From: Lepidodermella squamata
Lineage: Eukaryota > Animalia > Gastrotricha
NCBI GenBank assembly: GCA_047495785.1
Contig: JBLDXI010000009.1
Span: 2,666,001 to 2,730,000 of the forward strand
Reading direction: 5' to 3'
DNA: 64,000 nucleotides
The notes below the pieces were generated by a model that was not told the origin of the DNA, did not search any database, and worked only from the letters and a program-made list of their open reading frames with translations. Below are positions 51,599 through 61,700 of the stretch, one piece after another. Position 1 is the stretch's first letter, and each line of letters begins with the position of its first letter. Position numbers and translations under genes: made by a program.

Positions 51599-52480
51599 TT
51601 ATCGAGGTTTTAGCATAATTGCAACGCCGTTGGCAGGTAGCATGTTAGATGCAATTTTGAGGGGTAAACCATTAGGATACCCGCCATCTCGTTCCAAGAT
51701 ATTCCTTACAAAAGCGCTCCGGGTGGAATTTGGACGGATCGACCGGTCACCAGAGGTCGCGATTTCGATGAATGGTCCAGACGGCGATGAAAACGTGGCG
51801 AAGGTCATTTTGAACAGGAAATCCGCAGACTGTCGTATCTTCCATGACGAACCGAGTAACGGCTGATCTTGAATTCGGGTAGAGACGGCTCGACTCTCTG
51901 ATTACGTAATCGAGGTATTGAAGGCCGGCGATTTCGTCGTGGTCAAAATCAACCGAGCCGTTCCTCTTCGCAATCAGCTGCGCTATTTCTTGGTACAGCT
52001 TCTCCTGAACTGTTGACGTCGTTTCGGTGCCACCGATAAAAAATACCGCGGCCTGAGCTGCTACTTCATCGGCGGTCCAAGGCTCTGGGATATTTTGTTC
52101 TCGGTTGAAAGTCGAATTATCGATCAACACCTGTAATAAGTCATTTCGCCGGCTAGCTGTCGGAATATCCGCCCGGGTTTTGACCACAGCTTCGGCGGCT
52201 TCGTGAAGTCTAGCAAAAGGGCCGGCAATTGCGTGGAAATTTTCGGCGATTTTCTTAACAAGTCGGACTATGGGTCGTATTAGCTCGGTGATCACCTTAG
52301 CAAATTTTACGATAACAGGATCGGAATTGTTTAGGTGAAAGTTCGACGCCTGTTTTATGAAAAGTTCTGCGCAGCCTTCAATACTACTCACCACTAAAAT
52401 CGGCAAAGCCCCTTCGAAAAGCCATAGATCGGGCCATATTTAGCTGCCCATGCTTCGAAGACCAAATGCCTGGTTTTGGT
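51599..52480 (-). pseudogene. Cytochrome P450 pseudogene
   Basis: Retains GGTETTST, ESSR and PERF. Has large internal deletions, an in-frame TGA (LW*PVDP), frameshifts, and no heme FxxGxxxCxG motif. Confidence 0.85.
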
Positions 52481-52782
52481 CCAGAGTTAGTTCTGCTCTT
52501 CTATTGTTTATACACAAAAACGAGACACGAAATGTCTGCTTTTCGTCGACCCGCGTGTAACGTTTCTACTCTTATACCTGACAATAATGGTTTGCCCGAA
52601 CGTAGATAGTCGAACGTAGTCGGTTGCGAGCATTTAATAAGAAAAAAACTTTATAATAAACTATAAATAAACTCCTTTATTATTTTAAATCACTGAATTT
52701 CCTTAATTAATAGGCCGGCATCAACCAGGAAAATTGGAAAAACATAGAGAATGTCGTGATCTTTCTTTTTTTCGCTTTGACG

Positions 52783-55700
52783 TTAACGATAGTTGCCACT
52801 TGACCCTCTTGGCTTCGCGTAAGTCTCGCATACGATTACATCTGCATTGCAGGAACTGTCATCGAGATAGTAGCCCTGCGGGAAGGTCTTGAACGCGGGG
52901 AAAAACCTGTAAACTCCACAGTCGCCGTTGCCTTGCGGCTCGTCAACTGCATCTGTCCCGCCCCATTGCCTTTCAGGGCTAATCGGTTTGAAATCGGTAC
53001 CGTCAACCCACGTGAAACTCGCAGTCGTACCCGCAGTTCTGCGCAAACCAACCAGGCCAGTAGGCGAGTTTTGGAAGCGTTGAAGGGCACTTCGCAGGGC
53101 AGTTTGATCCGCTCCATTCTTAACAGTTGCCAGCTGGCCGAAACTTTGCAAGCAGATATAGTGGCCGTCATCGTAAGACCGAATAGACTGATTCAATTTA
53201 ACTACGATGTATTTCTTCTCAAGATTCCAGCAGCTTGTTTTGTCTCTGAAATACTTATCAACTGGAACTTGGGTTTCGGTAGATAAACAAGCTGAAAAAA
53301 TGTGCTAAACTTATTCAAAGAACAGCACAAATTTATATACCTGTGGGTCTGCAACTAACTCTTCCACCAGGGCCTACGCATCTAACATATCCGTCCTAAG
53401 GGACCGTGCCGAAATAGGCGCATTTTCGGCAGTCGGCGGCAGCAAGTAGCAGCGGATAACAGGCAGCAACAGGCGCGAGTAGTTGCGTAGCTGATCACGT
53501 GAGTGACCTCGCCACTCATGCCCTGAAAAATTCGCCCCGCGGAGGCGCACCATGCTTCGTTCTCGTCGTCGACGCCGGGCCCGACTGGCGGATCGAATAT
53601 CCTAATGTGCGGTATATGTATTGGCGCTTGTTTTGCGAACTCGGCCTCGAGGCGATGATCGTCGCGCATTATGCTCCAGGTTACAGTTTTCGAAATAAGG
53701 TAAATAATATTGGTCACAAATAAAATATCAGGAATTTTCTAAAATTTAATAAACTTTTAAAATTTATTGAATAAACAAAACAAAATAATTTATTTTCATG
53801 TTTTATTAGATTGAACGTCGATGGTCGAAGAGCAATCGGCTTTTAGTTGGCCACACTACGTCTCATCCGGACAAATGGCTGGATCAATATCCTCTCGCAA
53901 AGGACAAGCCGGTACGCGAACGATTAGCCGCCGAGTGCGCGCTCAAACTCGTGACTGAGCTCATCAATGGGAAACCGGCGGAGAAAGGCGTGCTCTTCTA
54001 CTGCGTGGCTGAGCGCGCCGCGGCCGACCCGCGTTTCGTCATCACCCCCGCGGAGCACGACTTCATCAACACCGCGAAGCCGAACGCGGTGGCTGTCGAG
54101 CAAAATCAGGACTTGTACGAAGACCTGATTCTCATGGAAAAGCACATCGACCTGTAAGCCTTTTTTCTTTCATTAATTTATTTTCAAATTTTGAAGCTGA
54201 AATTAATTTTGATTTTTTTTCAAAAAAAATTCAAAAAAATTGAATGCTAAAATTAAATTATTATTTTTTTCAATTTCAGCCGCTGCGGCCAGGTCTGTTT
54301 TACTCGGTGCGAGGATTCAGCCTGCGTACATTGCGGACAGCATCCGCCGCCCGCCTCCGGCCTGTGGAAGTACCTGAATCAACACGGCGTCCCCGACCCC
54401 GAGTACGACGATTCTCGGCCGGGTCAATACAAGAAATTCGCCGATGTGTTTGAAGCCCGGCAACGCAGCGCTGCTGTTGAGGCAACGAATCCGCGGCCGC
54501 CGGCTGGTCGTTGCGAAATTTGCCCATCATATAGCTTTTTCAGCGAGATCCACAAAACCAGGCACACTAATATGATGCATCCCGAAATTTTGAAAAAAGG
54601 AAATAAAAAATGTCGGAAAGATTGATAATATGCGAGTTTAGATTTATTTTTGAAAAACGTTTTGACAAATAAATAATAATAATAATAATGTTTTTATTTA
54701 TCCTCTTCGGGACTGAGCGTCGTGTACCGTTTCCGGTTTTGAAGAGGGCGAAGGCAGGCGAAGAATGATCCTCACCCACCCCCACAGTCGAGGATTCTGC
54801 TTTTTGTATAGAATTCGTAATTTTCAATCGAGTTAACAACCATGCGCCATTCATCTTTTTCAAAAGAAACCGATTCCGCTAGTTGGACATCGGGAATAAT
54901 TTTGATCTCAAAATCCTTTTCGCCGGGATTTTTTCTATTTTCTCGTTTCTTAGTGGCTTTATTTTTCTTATCCTTGACCTTATTTTTCTTATTGGTTTTC
55001 TTTTTCCGGCGAATTTCCTTAGTAAGACCTACTTTAATCAAACTTCTATGCACTCCGTTGATCCATCTGGTTCGAGGTCTACCTCTGGGTGCAAACCACC
55101 CAAGCGGAGGCGTCCAAATATATATTTTGTGTATTAGTCCTTCTACGTCATAGTCACGTGACCTAATTATGTGACCTAGATACCTTAGCCTTTGTTTTTC
55201 AACAATGCGGCTCACTTCAATGAGACCTCCGCATAACGCGAGTCGAATGTCTATATTTGGAATATAGTCCATTAGGTGGACACCTACTATAGATCGAAGC
55301 CATCGATATTCTATAGTGTTTAGTCTAATTTCTTGGGCTATCGATATGTTCCACGATTCGCAGGCGTAAATGATGGTAGGTATTATAACACATGTCAGTA
55401 CCTTAAGTTTTGTAGCTATGGAAACCTGACTTTTGTTGCACATGAATTTATTCATGGCGCCGAAAACACTGCCTGCCTTAGAAATTCTGTAGTTTAGTTC
55501 CTCATCGATTTTGCCGTCACTAGTAATAATACTCCCTAAATATTTAAATTTGGTCACCTTTTCAAGTTTTTTCCCGTTCAATTCCAATTCGTAATTTTGA
55601 GTAGCTGACTCGTCTCTAGAAATAATCATATATTGAGTTTTTGCCGCGTTGATTTTCAGACCCAATTCGGTGCAAGCCAAATCGAAAATGTGAAGTAGTC

Positions 55701-58700
55701 GTGAAATTTCGTCGTGGTTCATTCCTAAAAGTGTTCCGTCGTCAGCAAACGCTAGTAAATTTAGGAAATCAGTCTCGCTCATAGCGGTCTCGCTGTTTGC
55801 GGTTTCGCTAATAGGAAAGCCTAATTTTTCAGCAGATATTTTTTCGCAAATTTTGTTGAAGGTCGCTATGAATAGCAAAGGAGACAACGGGCAACCCTGT
55901 CTTAGTCCCCTGGTAACATAGAAGAAATCTGAGAGCTCAGAATCGACTCTAACAGCAACTTTATTTACTTTATATAAACTTTGAATAGCTTCAATTAAGC
56001 TGGGTTCTACACCCATATTTTGGAGGGCGGCCCATACTTTTTCCCTGTCCACCAGATCATAGGCCTTTTCGAGATCGATGAAGACTAGGTGGAGTTCCTT
56101 CTTAAAGAATATAATTTTCTCAATAATTTGTCGGAGAACGTAAATGCAGTCTCTGGTGCCCTTGAGGGGTTGAAAACCAAATTGCAGTTTAGAAATTTTT
56201 GACCCAATTAATGCTCTCAATTTTCGTTCGAGGATAATGGCATAAAGTTTTCCTACAACACTTAAGAGGCTGATGCCTCTGTAATTTTGGCATTTTGATT
56301 TCTCACCTTTATTTTTATAAATTGGGGTAATTATAGCCGTTGACCATTCTTCTGGGACCCTCTTATCTATCCAAGCTCGATTCAAAATTTCCCTGAGCCA
56401 TTCAATATTGGCCTCGCTCAGAGCTTTGATCATTTCGGGTCTTACTTCATCTATACCCGGGGCTTTACCGTTTTTCATGTGGTCGATGGCATTTTTAATT
56501 TCGGTGAGAGTAATTTCCGTTAAATTTGGATTTTTATCTGATAGAATTTCATCGTCGGGGTTATTGGGTTCCTTTTCAAGTCCTTGTAAAAGATCAATGA
56601 AATACGTTTTCATTACTTCTAATATTTCTTCAATTCCGCTGGTAAGTGAGCCGTCTTCTTTTTCAAGAGGATTGGGTTCGCTTTTCTCTCTATTCTCTCC
56701 CCTCAATTTTTTTATTTCCAGCCAGAATTTTTTGATATTATCATAATCAGTCGGATTTTCAAGTAATTTGTCCAATTCAGAAAATTCAGTTTGATCCTTA
56801 ATAATTTTCAAGCGTTCAAGGGCCTGATTTTTCTCATTTCTAGCTATTGTATAATTCTCTCGGTCTATGTGGCCCTTGGTGTAGTTTTTAAAATTTTCTT
56901 TACCTTTTTGAATGATTTTGTTGGCTAATGGTGTCCACCAGAGCGGTTTTTCGCTAATTTTGCCTACTTTTCGTTCACCGCAGGAGGATCTGGCAGCATC
57001 CAGTAGGTTAGATTTAGTGTTCACCCACTTCTCTTCTATCGAGACAGGGTTTTCGTTTTCGTTTGCGATGTTGCTAGCCAAAATTTCATTAAACTTGGAA
57101 CTGTGTTCCTCATTCCTAAGCAAATGATGTTTAATTGATTTTTTAATTTCAACCTTTTCAACGTCGCAAACATCAAATTTATCTTTTTCGCTTTTATCGA
57201 CCAAGATGTAGTCTAGGAAGGATCTACGAAGGGTTTTTCCGTTGCCCCTTTGCCATGTATACCCAATGTTGGGGAAAAAAGTATTAATAAAACACAGATT
57301 GTTGCTGTTTGCAAATTCAATCCATAAATCTCCTTTATCGTTTCTAATGTTATCACCATAAGGGCCTACAGTTTTCGATTTATGTGTACTCATAATCCGG
57401 CCGTTCAAATCCCCCATTACAATTGTAGTGCCTATTTTTGAGTTCAAACGCGCATATTCTTGTTGCAGTACTTGAAGGAAGGCGTCTAATGTTTTGGTGC
57501 AATTATTTGCTGGTGCGTAGACGGAAATTATGTTATACATTTCGCGATTTACTTTAAGCCTAGCCGATATAATACGTTCATTGATATATTTGACCTCGAT
57601 GACATGTATATATTTGCATCGTCTAACATATAATGCGGCCCCTGATTGTGCCTTACCATCATTTACGCCACTATAATAAATCGTGCCATGCCTAAGATTT
57701 ATACGGCCTTGGCCTTTTTTGCAGTGCTCTTGCAAAGCCACTGCGTCATATAGACGAAGTTCAGAATTAGTTTCCTCTTCTTTCCTATTTAGCGTAGTAG
57801 TGTTGATAGTACAAATTTTGAAAACATTTTCGTCCCTAATTTTTGATGATTGGCGCAAGGTTGTTTTACTCTTACGTTTTAGCCGTTTTATAGGTAATTT
57901 CTTGCCATTTTTCATGCTGCCTTCGCCCTCTCCATTGTCCTCATCATCATCATCACAGGTCACTGATCGAAAGTCATCATAGTCAGCTAATAGTTCGAAT
58001 CTGTTGAGCGTTGGGAGTGGGTGGTGCCCGGCCTACCAGTTGGGCCGGCGACCATAGCCATAGTTGTTGCCGTTGTAGTTGTTGCCGTTGTAATTGTTAC
58101 GGTTGCCGTGGTATTCGTCACGGAAGTTGTTTCCCCCGGGACGACGTTGCTGGTAGTTGTTGTCGAAACCGTTGAAGTTGTTTCGGTAGTAGCCATTTCC
58201 GTTGTTTTGGTTCGGGCATTGATATCGCATGTGTCCGTACTCAAAACAGCCAAAGCACTGTGGTCCAACTGGCTTTTCTCGTTCAGGCTGCGGTTGATAG
58301 TCTTCGCTTGGCTCGTGAACTGGTACGAGTTGTTTCGCAATCGAACAGTATTGTGTAATTTTAGTCCGACCTTGCATAAGGTTCGCCCCTCTCACGTGAA
58401 TGCCCTTAAGACCCTGATTTTCGAGAGCGATTTTCTCGCCGGCGAGGATTTCATTCACGTCGCGCATATGCCCCGTCTTAACGTAGCTTGCTCTGATTCC
58501 CCCTTTCCAGCTGCGTGACTCTGCCAGTACACGCTCCATTGATCTGCGGGCGTCATCGATTAGTTCGATGATCACTGTGCCATCAGCCTTCCTCTCTTGT
58601 AAGCGCCATCTCGGTAGATTTTTGGGGATCAGTTTCTTGGCTTCCTCCTCCCAATTTTCCTGAGGCAGCCCGGTTATTTCCAAACGATCCTGATTGGCAA

Positions 58701-61700
58701 TCTTTTCTACCAGATGCCTCTTCTTCTCCTCCTCCGAGTCTTCGTGTTGTTTCGCAATATTGACCAGCAATTCCGTCTGAATCAAAGAGACAGATCGTCG
58801 GAATCTTTCCTTGAGTCCGATGTCGGTGATTTCCTCAATCAGGCTGTTGAGGGTTGCGAATTCATTCGCCGTTGTCAGCTTGATCGCCATCACCAGTAAA
58901 TATGATATTTAAGAAATCTTAGAATTCGAAAATCGATACGCAGATATTTTTTACGCAGAAATTGACAAATAAAGAGGCGGCATAATATTTGAAATTGTTG
59001 TTCATTTTGTTCCTCTTCGCTTTTCGAAAACAACGTGTGTTGTATACGTGCACAGTCCCTCCATTGTGTGTGTATCGCGCGACGGGACTGGCGCTGAGAA
59101 GGCGGCGGACCGCACACTGTGTGGGGGTGGGACTGGCACTGCGAGGCGGCGGGCCGCCCGCGGTTTTGGTTACGAACGCGAGCGGGCCTCATGCTGGGCT
59201 ATAAATTTGACGACAAACAGCGTTTCACCTATTTATATAGCAAATTTGAGGCTGCTCCCATGTGTAACAGTCTACTATGGCCTGCCGTCAACTCCGCCGC
59301 CAACCTACACCTGCACCGGCCTGCCACTGCCTGCCACTGACTGCTGCGTTTCGGCATGGCCCCTAAGTAATCCTCATATAAAAAAGTTTGTCATCTCAAC
59401 TGTGGAGTACTTACCTGAGGAAATAGAATGTTTTCACAGATAAGACCGGAGAACTGCTGGGTACAGAAACACATCTGCGAGTAGAAGTTGTATACGCGAA
59501 GAGGCAGTACGGCGTGGTACATGGCCGCGCAAGCCGTCTCGCCTGAAAGGTTTCGTAAAGAAAAAAAGTCCGATAAATTAGTTTAAAAAACCTGAGAAAG
59601 GCGACGGATTCCCATCAATTAGAGCTTGTTGAGGTGTACCATCGAGCCACTTGAGAGCTGAAGGGGGACTAGGAGCCAAGCCAATCCAGAGCGCTGTACC
59701 AATAGGAACTTTATCTTTCTCGCGTCGCAGTCTGACCAAGTCCGATGCAGTAGGAATAATTGCCAACTGTCCGTCTCCCGCAGCGCAGTGGGAATTGGCC
59801 TCGTCAAACGATCGCGACATCGCGGTATCCACCACAGTGTACAATCGTTGGGCCCTCCTACAATGTTCCAGCGTCAGAAATAATTGCGATTTCGGAAGCT
59901 GCACCTCACGCTCGGCACAGGCTTTAAATTCAAAGATCGAGCGGATATAGATAGAAATATAACTTCAAGAAACTAACTTGCGGGCGCAGCAACGCATCGA
60001 GCTAATCCTAACGACTTATCTACACATCGAATCACCCCATAAGTCCTAGTTGACAATAGAGAAGATTGGGATGAGGCCGAGTTTGCGGCAGGCTTCATCG
60101 TTTCGCAAATAGCTGCGGAGAAGAAGTTTTGCAGCACACATGGCACGTCGTTAATGGCGTATCCGGTATTGTAGAGTTGCAACCCACCGCAGCTATTAGC
60201 GCCTATGCGAAAGAATATAAGGAGTCAAGTCGGGCAGGTAATTATCATTTACGAACCGTTCGGCTCAGAGGGACCCCAAGGACTAAAGGCTTCGCTGAAA
60301 GGAGCTCCGTCGACCCAACGGTATTCGCCGCCCTGGAGTCGCGTAAGTCCGAGCCATCCCGGCCTTTGAACGTTGGCATTGGCGGTTACGTAATCTCGCA
60401 AATCTGTTAATTGATTGGCATCGAGAATAGTAGCTGGCTGGCCACCCCGAGCATGACATAATTGGAAAGCGGCTTCGAAAGAGTTGACCGTGACATCGTT
60501 ACCCACATAGTAAAAATACTTTACGGCAGCTTCACAATCCGCTTGGGTGGGGTAACTGACGCCAAGAGGCATTTGTCTCTCATTCGGCCCGGTACAACCT
60601 GAGATGCGGAAAATTATCTGATATAGTAATTCTAAAACCAGCTGGCATCACCTTGATTAGCTTCTACGCACTTCATCCAGGAGGGGCCAGTTTTCGAGTT
60701 TACACATCGCACAAACCCTTTCGCCTGAAAGGAATTTCGGCGTCAAAAAAATGAAGTCAACAAATGGCGGAAACCAACCGGGGGATCATACGTTTCGCAG
60801 AGGGCGGCGCTGAAATGTGAACCCTGATCGCAGGTATCGTCATTTAAAAAGACATCTCTTGGAGTCGAGTCCGTTTCGTCAAAAATTACGAACTGGGTGC
60901 AAGCTTCTCCGCTTCCTCCTTATAATTGGAAAAAGTAGGATATTTTTTACTACTTATCATCAATTAATGGTACTTGCCATTAGGCTCGTTTGGGCCCCAG
61001 AGACCAGGGACATTTTCGTACTCTGAACCATCATGCCATTGAAAGCCGCCACCAGATTTAACGAGCCCGAACCAGGCAACGTATGTACCTTCACCAAGCA
61101 ACCCGTTACCGAATATAACTCGTCTGGCTTTCTCCAACTCGGCCTCGCTCTTCACTGTCGCCAGCTGCCCACCAACGTTCTTGCATCGCTGTTTCGCTAT
61201 TAAAATTTACCGTTGAAATGTCATCCTTTCAGCTGAAAACATTCGTGACCAAACTACCTTCGTCGAAATTCTTAATTTTATAAGAATCATCGTTGACTGC
61301 AAAGAACCGTTTGACAGCGCCTTCACAGTCTTCTTTATTTGCGAAAGATTTTTCTGCAGGGATTTGATCGGAATCACCGCAACCTGGCAAAATTCAACGA
61401 AACTCAGCGATTATTAAGAGCATTCTCAAATTTTACCAGTAAAAGATTTTGGCACACAGCTAACCGCGCCGTTCGAGTTGCTCACGCATCGAATATGTTC
61501 AACATTGACATTTTGTTTTGCCTGCTCAAATCTCACAGTAAGGAAAACGCCGGGGGTTTAGCTCACAAGTAACCTCATGTCCGAATGTTTCGCAAATCGC
61601 TCCTCTGTCTGCTACATTGAAGTTTTCGGAATTTGATAGGCCAGATTGTGTGTATATGCCCCAAGAATATTGATCGGCTGGCTGTAAAGGACTTCCACTT

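Larger units (their letters stand above)
54674..58961 (-). mobile_element. Apparently full-length non-LTR retrotransposon (RTE-clade-like LINE)
   Basis: 12-bp TSD TTGACAAATAAA at 54662-54673 and 58962-58973, (ATT)n 3' tail, and ORF1 plus an APE-RT ORF2. Confidence 0.9.
53400..59363 (+). mobile_element. Zator-like (TP36/ISAzo13-related) DNA transposon, internally deleted, interrupted by a LINE
   Basis: Imperfect 15-bp TIRs (GGGACCGTGCCGAAA / reverse complement GGGGCCATGCCGAAA), TAA TSD at 53397-53399 and 59364-59366, subterminal GGCAG/CTGCC repeats, and a transposase-like fragment. Confidence 0.75.

Noticed and set aside
57987-58518. Thr-rich (-) and Val-rich (+) ORFs overlapping ORF1
   Set aside because: Alternative-frame shadows of the Asn-rich low-complexity sequence.
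53400-59363. PIF/Harbinger classification based on the TAA TSD
   Set aside because: The coding motif fits TP36/ISAzo13-type (Zator) transposases better. Not fully excluded without a database search.
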